NCBI GenBank assembly: GCA_964016885.1
Contig: OZ024742.1
Coordinates: forward strand, 112,282,001-112,346,000
Direction: 5' to 3'
Length of the DNA stretch: 64,000 nucleotides
Source: Eledone cirrhosa
Taxonomy: Eukaryota
Below, in pieces: positions 13,415 to 25,159 of this stretch (the stretch's first letter is position 1; each line of letters starts with the position of its first letter). The position numbers and the translations under genes are program-made. The notes under the pieces are model-generated. The model was not told where the DNA came from. It saw only the letters and a list, made by a program, of their open reading frames with translations, and searched no databases.

Positions 13415-15170
13415 ACATATTTCGTTTCTGAATTTGTTTAGCAAGATTCTTTATCTTAAAATGTATGTTGAAACCGATATTGTTATACTTTGGGAGGGTC
13501 ATGTTGCCAATAAGAAACACATGCACCAGCTGCTTTCACTTCAATTTATTATAAATTATATTTATAAATTTATGAATTTATAAATGATGATTTTTCATAT
13601 ATTGTCAAAGTTATTTACATGTTTATTTACATGTACTCCCGCTACGTTGATGATATAAACATCGTAGTAAAAACACCCCCACTAGAGAACAGTCAGGATT
13701 TAGAAAAAACACCATGGAAAGCATCCAGCAAATAGCTAACTCCATCGACCAGAGTATTAGAGTTAGTATAGACTTCCCAAGCAAACACCCCAACTATCGA
13801 TTACCTGTACTAGACACAGAGCTCTGGTTAGATAACATTAATAACAAAAAACAAATCCTCCATTCCCATTATGCCAAACCCATGACTTCCAAATATCTGA
13901 TCCATCGAAACTCAGCTGTTTCGGACCATACCGAAATCAACATATTGATTGCGGATTTGATACGGGTGATGAGAAACGTGTCCCGCATGTGCAACCCCAA
14001 AGAACTAGAGAGACACATACACCACTTCATCCACCGTATGCAGTTCTCTGGTTACAATCAGAGAGATAAAATCAGAGTATATCGAGTAGCCAGAACCAAA
14101 TGGGAAAAAATGGTAAATAATGATACAAATGGGACCTGCATCTTGTATAGGAACAACATTTGGAATAGAATAGAAGGAACTAGGAATAAGGTTAATAGAA
14201 TAAACTCATGGTATGATAGCAATAAATACCAGAGTGTAATGTTCATCGATACAACCCCTGGAGGTGAATTAGCTTACACATTTAGAAGGGCCCTAGATAA
14301 ACATAAACTCAATATTAAGATAGTAGAAAGACCAGGTACCTCCATAAAAAACACTTATTAGCAATAGATACCCTTTTCAAAGACCTCCCTGTATAGATAA
14401 GAAATGTATAATCTGTAAATTAAGCCCCCATATTAACTGTAAAACTAGAAATGTAGTATATAGCATAAGATGTACTGAAGGACAATGTAGAGATAAGAAT
14501 ATAGTGTAGATAGGTGAGACAGCTCTTAGTATAGGGGAACGGATAAATGAACACTGGCGAGAGCTTCAAGATAGTAAAGAATCATCTGTACTCCACCAAC
14601 ATGCTAAAATAGAACATAAGGGTAAATTAGAGAACATAGAAATAAAAATAGAATCTACAAACAGAAAAGACGCAATGTTTAGAATAATCACAGAGGCAAT
14701 AAACATAAATGAACTCCAACCAAAATTAAATAGAAAACATGAATGGAACAGCAACATCACAACTTACAATTAAGGATAACATGAAAACACACACACACAT
14801 AGAACAAACAACCAACCAGTAACATGTAAATAAACAAATAAATAAACAAATATAAACACACACAGACATCCGGATGTAACACATGCACAAACTAAGCACA
14901 CAACACACACAAAAACAAGATGGCGTAGGTCAGAACAGAGGAGAGGCACAAAAACAAAGAAAATAATCTCCAGTTACTGAAGAGTTCACATAATGTGTGA
15001 CGAAAGAACTTTGACAATATATGAACAATCATCAGGTTGTGGAACCAACCAACCAACCAACCGGAAATTTATAAATTCCTAAATTTATACAATAATTTAT
15101 AATAAATTGAAGTGAAGGCATGGTGCATGTGTTTCTTATTGGCAACATGACCCTCCCAAAGTATAACAAT
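13415..15170 (+). mobile_element. 5'-truncated PLE, same family as 23059-25603, with an inverted partial pLTR
   Basis: Coding relic 13631-14772 starts at YSRYVDD and has frameshifts and stops. The 3' pLTR carries an HHR at 14973-15015. The left end 13415-13610 is an inverted copy of the pLTR end. (TA)n on both flanks. Confidence 0.92.
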
Positions 15171-17308
15171 ATATATATATATTTATATATATACATATAC
15201 ACGGGAATGTATGATTGTGTATAGAAGATTATATTAATAAAAGGAATTCCAACTTTGTCTGATTCACTCGTTTTATTTAGAATCCTTTAACATTTATAAT
15301 GGTATTTGATTGAAATAGTATGGTAGAATATTAAATGTTAAGTGTTAATTGAACAAGTACTTTCATGCTTTTGCAATCTTCAGGTTCATATTCTCTGGTG
15401 ACAGTCAAGTTTGCAATTTTCAACTGAAGATACTATGACTTCTCAGATATGGTATGATTATTATTAAAGTCTGATTCATAACCAATAGGTGTAAGATTAG
15501 AAAAACGCAAACATGTAAAGAGAGAAGGGTTTAACAGGTTTTCATAATATACTTAGTTGCATCAAATTTGCTATACTATATTCAAATTGAACATAGTATA
15601 ATTTATAAGGTCATGTTTACTATAATAACAAAATAATTCTCAAATAGCTTTTAACGCGTGTACGACCGAATCTTGAAAAGGATGTTGAGTGTGGTGAGGT
15701 AAACATTGTTCCTCAGTACATTTGTTAAAAGTTGAGTGGATGTTGCTTGGATTAGCTGAGTGAATGCGCATGTAGCCTAGAAAAGTTAGCGAGGAGATTA
15801 GGGCCGTTCTGGGATGCTATTGGAGAGTAGGAAATGTAGGATAGGTGGTTCTTCCCCTATTGGTGAATTTTCAATGTTATAATTTTATTGTTGTTTGCTA
15901 CTTGCTATATTATATTTATTCGTTTTTTTTAAACCATCGCCCTCCCAGTTTTTAGATTGTTTCCTATAGACATGCCCTCTTCATTTGTCTGCTCTGGGTC
16001 TTGGACGTTTCGACGCATCAAAGACAATACGCCTAAACAGTGCGTCAATAACAAGGAAGTTATTGGAGGAAGGAAAAGACGAAGAGTGTAAGGAAAATAC
16101 AAAGAGAACGTAGAAAAGAAAAGAAACAGTAAAGGTAAAGAAAAAATACAGAGAACATACCGATATAGAGAGGCGAACATGAAGAGTAGAACAAGTATGT
16201 AGCAGTAACCAAGGGAATAGAGGAGGATACTTTAAATTGGGGGCCAGGCGTAAGGCCTGTGACCTTATTAACAGCAAGATAGGGAGTGTGAAGAGAAACA
16301 CACCTGATGTTGGCGAGAACAGGGTAAAGAGGGAGAGAAGAAGGAAAACGGAAGTAATAAAGGAGTAGGGAGAAAGAGGATAAGAGTGGGAGAGAGAGAG
16401 TGAGAATATGTGCGTGGGAGAGAGAGGGAGAGGGGAGAGAAAGAAAGTGGGAGACAGGAGGAAGTAAAAGTGTTAATAATAACAACAAGCGAGATAGAGA
16501 GAATAGAACGAAGGTCTATTACAACTGCCCTACATGTTCTCTTCAGACAAAAATCCAAACGAGATGTAAATATTCATTGATATGTTATCGGTTATACGCA
16601 TTATCCATTTCACCGACTACTAACCATATGCTTACACGTATATTAATGTGTGTATTGGTGACAATGTATAATTATGTATTTATGCTTGAATGTGTAAGAA
16701 TCTTTAAGTGTTTGGTGTTTATTTAACATGGAAGTGGGTTTGTGATATTACCGTGAAATATGTTGTGAACAATATCGTCATATATTAACAATTGTTTCCG
16801 ATACGTGATATATTTGGGTGTCAGAATGTACCTATAGGTATGCGGGTATATTTGTTTAATGAGGTTATAGGTTTGTGATAGTAATAGCCCATGTCTTTAA
16901 TCGAGTTTGTGTACACATGAGGCCATTTTCGGAATAACTCGGTTTTACTCTTCATATATCTGATAGACGCCTTCAAAGCCTGAAATATCTTGTATTTCCC
17001 ACTAATTCTTGCTCATTTATCTGATTCTCCATTCTACAGTATATTGTATGTTTATGCGTTTCAGCACCTCTTCATTGATTGCGAGGGTCGTTGTCTTTTC
17101 TCAAATTTTGGTGTCTAAATTCCGTGTTATGTCAGTAGTACCGCTGCTTGAAGCGCTACTTTGCCAAGCCCACATATCCTTTATTTACCTTCGGTTGGCC
17201 GTTTACATTTGTGACAATCCTGGCATCGTAGGCTAAAAATATCTTTTTCTAAAAATATATTTTTTCTTGAATGAGCATATACATATAATATTACATTCTT
17301 TTACTCAC

Positions 17309-17375
<67 letters not shown>

Positions 17376-17546
17376 TGTGTGTGTGTATGAGTGTGCATGT
17401 GTTTACAAATGCAGCTGCGTAGATCTTGCTTGATAAGCCTTCTTCAAGATCTATTTGGGGAGACACGACGAATGTTAAGCGCAACTTTTCACAATACCAT
17501 CTGATCTTACATATGTATTAATTACCCGCATTATATTGTACTGCCT

Positions 17547-17731
17547 GGGCGGTGGATTGGGCGTATCGGTAGAGGGTCGGACGCCATGCATTCCAGCATA
17601 GTTACGTCCTTTTACGATCTGAGTTCAAAATCCTGCCGAGGTTGACTTTGCCTTTCATCCCTACGAGATCGAGAAAATAAAGTACCAGTAATGCACTGGT
17701 AATTGCTGGCCTTGTGCGTAAAGTAGAAACA
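17547..17731 (+). mobile_element. tRNA-derived SINE, full length, with a 17-bp TSD
   Basis: TSD attatattgtactgcct at 17530-17546 and 17732-17748; B-box-like gagttcaaaatcc; family body and tail. Confidence 0.92.
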
Positions 17732-18069
17732 ATTATATTGTACTGCCTAAAAGAAAAGAAAGCGTTTTCGTATAATGGAATGTTAACACTAAATTATGAA
17801 CACTAAATTATGTCTCCATGGCTTGAACTCAGTTTCTGTCATCTAAACCACACTGAAATTCATTTGGTCAACTCGAAAATTATTGTAGGGATATATGCTC
17901 AATTGCCATATAGGAGATTATATCCAGAAAATTCATACTAGCAATTAATTGACACTATGACATTGGTCGCGCAATTATATTGTCTGTTTAATTGATAGCC
18001 TTCGTTTTATAATCATCACATCTCTTATTCCTGAATAATCTCACATGTTATATTGTTTTATAAGGGCAG

Positions 18070-18222
18070 AATCAATAGAAGGTCAGGCAGATATGTTGGT
18101 TCTTTACGTCTCTGTGGTCAACTTCGTTTTTTCTATAAGTTTGATAAAATAAAGCACCCGGAGTCTACTAGGTGCAATATAATCACATTTTGCTGTCCTT
18201 GTAACTAAATTAGAAATCAATA
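18070..18222 (+). mobile_element. degenerate SINE copy
   Basis: ggtcaacttcgttttttc...gataaaataaagcacccg...ttgctgtccttgt...tagaaatc. Confidence 0.5.
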
Positions 18223-19998
18223 TTTACCTTATATTATACATACTTATCGTGACATCATCATGTTAAGATTATTTCATTTCTATATTGCATAATGACCATG
18301 CTCCTGATTAACACAATCTGGCATTAAACGTAGACAATAATTATCAATTTTTGATAGCAGTTCCATTCATTAGTAATACTGTCTTGCTATTTATACATAT
18401 AGAATATCATGTCCCTTTCATGTTACATGTGATTATTTTTAATTATCTGATCAACTGTACGACACTTCTAACTCAAATTGGTACTACCTCTGGGGACACA
18501 AATTTAGTATGCGCAGTCGCATGAATTTAATTCTTCTATCATTAACAACAAAGAAATGTATCAAATACACCCGAACCTCGGATATAATACAATTTCGTTT
18601 TGATGTGAGCGACGCTAGATTTCATGAGGCTAATACGAATTTTTAGAGAGGGCAGTGCACTCTGTTTCATATGTGTGACCTTTCATGTTAGAAACCACCT
18701 TGTTTATAACATCGACATTTGCAGCGATACTTACAACGACAGTAGAAGAAAAGAAGAATTTATGGCATGGTCATAAGGAAGTCAGGATACTATTAATGGT
18801 AATAGAGAATATATACATAATAGAAATCCACTCCAAATTGAAACTTGTCACGATAACAATGAATAATGCTTGTATGAAATACACTCTATATTTCAAGAAC
18901 AAACGAAATACTTGGTTTTTATATAAGGGGAGAGACATTATCCTATTCTTGTTTTGCTTTGTATTATCACTCAGCAAGTAATTTGTCAACAGCAAATGCT
19001 CCACATTACGAATCACTGTTAGGTTACTCATTACAGATTTCTAGAAACAATGTTCTCAGTAATAGACCAAGGGTCCATATGGAAATATGTTCAATATAAT
19101 TATTTATAAAAACAATGATATATTATTTAAAATATAGTTTATCGAATATAAGCCATCACATGAATATTTTTGATGTGTAGATTTGTCACCATAATGCTTG
19201 CTGTATTCCACGGAATACAGATATTTAGCAAATTAATTAAACCTGGTTTGCATTCGGCTGGCTTCCCGCATTAACGTCTACTGGTAGGGTTCGAGCGAGG
19301 AGAAAAAGCCATATTGCATTACAATCATCCTCTCCCTTGGTAGGAAAATATTTATCTGGAATGCTACACCAACCGGATGAACACAGCGACAAACCAATGA
19401 TTCGCTGCCCGACAGTTCGCTGTGCCGTCCGCTTCTTCGATGTTTATCATTTAATCTACAGAGGAGGAAATTTGTGACATCATGGTTCGCTGAAAGACGT
19501 CCCTGTACGAAGCCATTGGAAAGTATATTGTCTCACACCCACATGAATAATCGTTCCAATATAGAACAACCCTTTCAAAACATCATCTCACTGTTATAGT
19601 CATCGGTGTAATGCATTTTATACTGTGACAGTTGGGTCAATACTTCATTTTATACTTCACGCCAGAGTGGCAGAACGGTCTAGCGAGGGAGCGGTCTGTG
19701 ACTGATATGTGTTGTTATCTCCAGGCGCAGGCATTGTATATATATACATTGTCTATATATATATATCGACATTAATACAACTGAATAACCCGAGAACTGT
19801 AAATGGGTGTTGCTTATACACACATTTGTATATATGTATATATATATATATATGTATGTATATGAAGAGTGAAGATCCCGACGGCAGGATATCAACCTTC
19901 GCGATATTGACTCTTTTTCTATTCTTCTCTCTACAACACTAATCATTGCGTACTCTAGAGCGTTATGGTCCACCTGGCATCTTACCACACCCTCTTTG

Positions 19999-21627
19999 TC
20001 TATATATATATATATATAAAACGGAAGATATCTGTCTGTTTGTGTGTATGATTTTCATGCATTTCCACATATCTCTACCGATTTTGATGATTTTGTTTCC
20101 AATGTGCTCCAAATTTACCAAGGATGGTCCCCACGTAATAAACTTTGCCAAAAATCTCATGCTTCTATGAACACAATCGATAAAACTAAATACATGATGT
20201 AACCCTCTCTCTTATACGCTCATTCACTCTCAATACTACCATAAAGCATCTATGAAACTATATACATGCTGCAACTCTCTCTCTCTATATATATATATAT
20301 ACCACACACACACATATACATCTAAAGAGAGAAAGGGAGATGTCGAGAGAGACAGTGAGATAGGTCGTTATATAGAGAGAGGTACAAGATAATAAGATAG
20401 AGAGACAGAGAGCGAGAGAGAGAATGGCGACGAACACTGGTTCTCACACACAAACACATATATATATAAAGACAGAGAGAGAGATCTGCGCGTTCTTTAT
20501 TGTTCTCCATTCTGTAGAGGAAGAGAGAGAGAGAGAGTGGTATGAGTGAGAGAGAGAGGGGGTATGAGAAAAAAAGGGAGAGGGGTTGAGAAAGAAAGAA
20601 AATTTAAGCAAGGAATCGCTGCTTTCAACATTAACGGCATCTTCTGAAACTAAAAAATTCAATCTGTGAACGCAGAATTAAATATTTCGAGAAACGTTGC
20701 AACCGAAGGAAAACAGGAAGACGATATTTTGGTTCGTGAAGACGTTCCCAGGTAACGAACGGAAAAAAAGCGAGGATAATACGTTGTTATGGGGACCGTG
20801 AAGAACAATTTCATGCAAAGACAATACCAAGATTATGGTGTAAATGGAGTCGTTAGACTAATATTCTATTTAAAATAACCGAATGAATTCCGGCCTCGGA
20901 GTTTCAGGAAGATGTAAATAAAATTGTAAACGAAAATGACAGAGGTTATTAAAAGAGTTGTTTCTACTTTTGGCACAAGGCCAGCAAATACTCAGTACAT
21001 TAGTGGTACTTTATTTTATCGACCCCTTAAGGATGAAAGGCAAAGTTAACCTCGACGGGATTTTAACTTTGTCTTAAAATAGTAAAAGTAAATAGTGATG
21101 ATTTAGGCCAGTATACGCCGACGGACATACACATACATATACATACGCACAAAGAAATGCATACACACACATACACACACACGCACACGCGTGCGTGTAA
21201 ATCTTGTGCTTTTCTACAGTATTTTCACCAAACTTAAGACATAGGTTACTTATGTACTCCGGGTGATCATGGGCACTTTCATTTTTCCAGATATTGATTA
21301 TAGGGCCCCCCGGCAGATAGCCCCTTTAACCACTTCCTTGGAATCGACTGAAGCACTGCAGTACAATGCAACAAAACGTCATAACTTCTGGAGTTCACAA
21401 CCGATTTTCACAAAACTTGACACATGGGCTACGTTTGTTCTACAGATGAATGTGAACTCTCAGAATTGGCACATATTGAGTAGGGGACCCCTGGGGGCAG
21501 GAACCCCCTTTTGGAAAAAGCCGATGATTTTGTAAAAGATAGTTTTTGAAGCAGCACTGAAGTATTGACATAAATGGTATACATAACGGCTATTTAATAC
21601 CCGAGCAACGCCGGGTACCTCTGCTAG
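19999..21627 (+). mobile_element. non-autonomous Helitron
   Basis: 5' TC(TA)nAAAACGGAAGATATCTGTCTGT. 3' hairpin TACCCGagcaacgcCGGGTA (21598-21617) followed by CTAG (21624-21627). Internal repeated ccgatttt(c/g)a motifs. Contains a nested SINE. Confidence 0.8.
20958..21068 (-). mobile_element. 5'-truncated SINE nested in the Helitron
   Basis: Reverse complement of the SINE body and tail (tttctacttttggcacaaggccagcaa...ggatgaaaggcaaagttaacctcg). Confidence 0.85.
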
Positions 21628-21649
21628 AATATATATATATATATATATA

Positions 21650-22480
21650 AAATTAGAATTGGTACTCTGAAATAGTGATATATAAATGAATCTATATATA
21701 GTGTATTTTGCAATACACTGTATGCTTAATTAAAAACAGTTTGAAGACCATACTCTATTGTTTTAAAGTAGCGACATTGTCACTTACTTAAATTTTCGGC
21801 AGACAGGGGGAGATAAGTTGACAGCGGTGTTTCGTTCTTTTTGTCTATCAAAACTCACTACTCTCCCCGTCTGCGGAAAATCATGTGTGTTGGATTCTTA
21901 TAGAATTCCAGTAACAATCAGGAACTGTTTTTACAGAGCGGTCGCGGGCCCAGCAGAAATTGAAAATTAGAATCGGTGCTCGGAAATAGCGATATATATA
22001 TGAATGTATATATAGTGTATTTTGCAATACACTGTATGCTTAATTAACAGCATTTTGAAGACCATACTCTACTGTTTTAAAGTAGCGACATTGTCGCGTA
22101 CTTAAATTTTCGGCAGCCAGGGGAAGATAAGTCTGCCGAACGTAGTGAGTTTTGATAAGTACCAAAAAGTACAAAACAGCGCTGTCAACTTATCTTCCCC
22201 TTTCTGCCGAAAATTTAAGTAAGCGACAATGTCTCTACTTTAAAACAATAGCGCATGGTCTTCAAAATGCTTTTAATTACGTATACAGTGTATTGCAAAC
22301 TACACTATATATACATTCATATATATATATCGCTATTTCAGAGCACCAAATCTAATATCCAATTTCTACTGGGCCGGCGACCGCTCTGTAAAATCAGTTC
22401 CTGATTGTTACTGGAATTCTATAAGAATCCAACACATAATTTTCGGCAAACGGGGAGAGAAGTGAGTTTTGATAACGCTG
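21650..22480. repeat. ~315-bp tandem hammerhead-containing repeat (retrozyme/pLTR array), both orientations
   Basis: Period 314 on the left arm (aattag at 21651 and 21965) and 317 on the right (agttttgataa at 22148 and 22465). HHRs at about 21816-21855(-) and 22148-22190(+). No ORF. Confidence 0.85.
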
Positions 22481-22696
22481 ACTTTTCTTCTTTCTTTCTT
22501 CTTTTTTCTCTTTGACGGTGAGGTAGTAGCACATTATACATTTTCGCCCCCTCACCAGATGGACATAAATTAACCGAGTAGCCAACACTTGAGGGCGACC
22601 GACTAAAGTAGAAGATGGTAGTTGGTCGGTCGTCCTCTTGTCTATGATTTCCAGCCCCATGGATTTTATCTGTTATATTCCTTTGTTATATTTCGA

Positions 22697-22754
22697 ATAC
22701 CTGATGATATCACCGGATTCATACGGAACCCTGTCATTGAAATGATCATAGTAT
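22697..22754 (+). ncRNA. minimal type I hammerhead ribozyme, canonical core
   Basis: ATAC-CTGATGA-TATCACCGGATTCATACGGAACCCTGTCATT-GAAA-TGATCA-TA-GTAT, then AATAAA. Palindromic stem III ATGATCAT; stem II is imperfect. Confidence 0.75.
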
Positions 22755-22799
22755 AATAAACCTTTCAATGATTTACACAAGTCCAATGCCTGACCAACA

Positions 22800-23045
22800 A
22801 TCGCTCTGTATAATCAGCTCCTGATTATTTACTAGAATTCTATAAGAATATAACATCAGTAATCTCAGTAGACAGGAGGGGTAGTTAGCCTTGATAAGCG
22901 AAACAAAGGCCCTTGTCGGCTTATCTCCCCTGTTTGCTGAGATTAAAGTAAGTGAAGTTGTCACTACTCTAAAACAATAACAATACGGTCTTCAAAATGC
23001 TTTTAATTAAGCATAAAGTGTATTGCAAAATACATTATATATACA
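22800..23045 (+). repeat. diverged relative of the 315-bp unit with a stem-II-less hammerhead (22887-22921)
   Basis: Flanks align to 22380-22465 and 22190-22320. Motif AGCC-TTGATAA-GC-GAAA-CAAAGGCCCTTG-TC-GGCT. Confidence 0.75.
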
Positions 23046-23194
23046 TTTATATATATATATATTGTTATACTTTGGGAGGGTCATGTTGCCAATAAGAAAC
23101 ACACGCACCTATGTTTCACTTCAATTTATTATATATTTATAAATTTATAAATTTATAAATTTCTGGTTGGTTGGTTGGTTCCACAACCAGATAG

Positions 23195-25159
23195 TTGTTT
23201 ATATATAGTCATAGATCTTTCGTCACACACTCTGTGGCCTCTTCAGTGACTGGGGATTCCTTTCTTTGTTTCTGTGCCTCTCCTTTGTTCTGTCCTACGC
23301 CATTTTGTTTCTGTGTGTGTGTTGTGTCCTCAGTCTGCGCATGCGCCACATCCGGGTGTCTGTGTGTGTTTATGTTCATTCATGTATTTGTTTATTTACA
23401 TGTTACTGGTTGGTTGTTTGTATGTGACAGCACGGAGGACCTCCTCAGCAGAATCGGCGTGGGTAACCGATCTGGGGACCTAACAAACTGCATAATAGGC
23501 AGTATGGATGTTGTGTCCCTGTATCCATCTATTGACGTGGATTTTGCTGTGGAGAAATGCGTAGAAATGATCAGCGAGAGCAAGGTTGAGTTCCGTGGGA
23601 TTGATACCAGTGATCAGGGACACCTACTTAAGCTTACCTATAGTAATAGTTACCTAGACACATATGACCTTAGAAACATGTGCCCTACAAGACCAGCAAG
23701 AGGCAGACCACCTACCATTACCTCAATGGCCAAGAAAACCCACAGAGATAGATGGAACGGGTGGACCAGAGCCATACGGACACCCGAAAACCACGATGAA
23801 CTGAAGAAAATGATTGCACATGCGGTAGGGGCCAGCATAAAACTAACCCTTAAGGAACATATGTTCAAATTTAATGGAAAAACATATGCCCAAGAGGAAG
23901 GAGCAGCCATTGGTGTTAGCATTGCAGGCGACATAGCTAACTTATTCATGGTATGGTGGGACAGTAGACTTAAACTTAAACTTAAAGAACAATTAGAAGA
24001 CGCCTTAATCCTGATAATGTACTCCCGCTACGTAGATGATATAAACATCGTAGTTAAGACACCCCCACTAGAGAACAGTCAGGAACTAGAGAAAAACACA
24101 ATGGAAAGCATCAAGCAAATAGCAAACTCCATCCACCAGAGCATTAGAGTTACTATAGACTACCCAAGTAAACACCCCAACCATCGATTACCTGTACTAG
24201 ACACAGAGCTCTGGTTAGATACCATTAACAACAAAAAACAAATCCTCCATTCCCATTATGCCAAACCCATGACTTCCAAACATCTGATCCACCGAAACTC
24301 GGCCATTTCGTACCATACCAAAATCAACATACTGATTGCGGATTTGGTACGGGTGATGAGAAATGTGTCCCGCATGTGCAACCCCGAAGAACTAGAGAGA
24401 CACATACAACACTTCATCCACCGTATGCAGTTCTCTGGCTACAATCAGAGAGATAAAATCAGAGTGTATAGAGGAGCCAGAACCAAATGGGAAAAAATAG
24501 TAAATAATGACATAAATGGGACCTGCCCCTTGTATAGGAGCAAATTTTGGAATAGAATAGGAAGAACTAGGAACAAGGCTAATAGAATAAACTCATGGTA
24601 TGATAGCAATAAATACCAGAGTGTAATGTTCAACAATACAACCCCTAGAGGTGAATTAGCTTACAAATTTAGAAGGGCCCTAATTAAACAGAAACTCAAT
24701 ATTAAGATAGTAGAAAGACCAGGTACCTCCGTAAAAACACTTATTAGCAAGACATACCCTTTTCAAAGACCCTCATGTATAGATAAGAAATGTATAACCT
24801 GTAAAATAAGCCCCCATATTAACTGTAAAACTAGAAATGTAGTGTATAGCATAAGATGTACTGAAGGACAATGTAGAGACAAAAATATAGTGTACATAGG
24901 TGAGACAGCTCGTAGTATAGGGGAACGGATAAATGAACACTGGCGAGACCTTCAAGATAATAAAGAATCATCTGCACTCTACCAACATGCTAAGATAGAA
25001 CACAAGGGTAAATTAGAGAACATAGAAATAAAAATAGAATTTACACACAGAAAAGACGCAATATTTAGACAAATTAAAGAGGCAATAAACATAAAAGAAT
25101 TACAACCAAAATTAAATAGAAAATATGAGTGGAACAGCAACATCACAACTTACAATTAA
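23195..25159 (+). CDS. PLE RT + GIY-YIG endonuclease ORF, 5'-truncated; the first ~78 aa are antisense pLTR
   Basis: SMDVVSLYPSI (A), QEEGAAIG (B'), YSRYVDD (C), LPVLDTELW, CIDKKCITC...CKTRNVVYSIRC...YIGETARSIGERINEH...HAKIEH (GIY-YIG). Genuine element coding starts near 23427 (STEDLL). Confidence 0.9.
   Translation: MFIYSHRSFVTHSVASSVTGDSFLCFCASPLFCPTPFCFCVCVVSSVCACATSGCLCVFMFIHVFVYLHVTGWLFVCDSTEDLLSRIGVGNRSGDLTNCIIGSMDVVSLYPSIDVDFAVEKCVEMISESKVEFRGIDTSDQGHLLKLTYSNSYLDTYDLRNMCPTRPARGRPPTITSMAKKTHRDRWNGWTRAIRTPENHDELKKMIAHAVGASIKLTLKEHMFKFNGKTYAQEEGAAIGVSIAGDIANLFMVWWDSRLKLKLKEQLEDALILIMYSRYVDDINIVVKTPPLENSQELEKNTMESIKQIANSIHQSIRVTIDYPSKHPNHRLPVLDTELWLDTINNKKQILHSHYAKPMTSKHLIHRNSAISYHTKINILIADLVRVMRNVSRMCNPEELERHIQHFIHRMQFSGYNQRDKIRVYRGARTKWEKIVNNDINGTCPLYRSKFWNRIGRTRNKANRINSWYDSNKYQSVMFNNTTPRGELAYKFRRALIKQKLNIKIVERPGTSVKTLISKTYPFQRPSCIDKKCITCKISPHINCKTRNVVYSIRCTEGQCRDKNIVYIGETARSIGERINEHWRDLQDNKESSALYQHAKIEHKGKLENIEIKIEFTHRKDAIFRQIKEAINIKELQPKLNRKYEWNSNITTYN
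23208..23250 (-). ncRNA. minimal type I hammerhead ribozyme, intact core
   Basis: Minus strand GTCA-CTGAAGA-GGCCACAGAGTGTGTGAC-GAAA-GATC-TA-TGAC: stem I GTCA/TGAC and palindromic stem III AGATCT. Confidence 0.85.

Noticed and set aside
15240-16990. Old PLE with a hammerhead near 15995-16050(-)
   Set aside because: Stem II and GAAACGTC are present, but the core is unreadable and the coding similarity is too weak to call.
17547-17640. tRNA gene
   Set aside because: Only a B-box-like motif within a SINE head; no cloverleaf.
21650-22480. CRISPR-like array
   Set aside because: Units are ~315-bp homologous repeats with no unique spacers, in a eukaryotic context with no cas genes.
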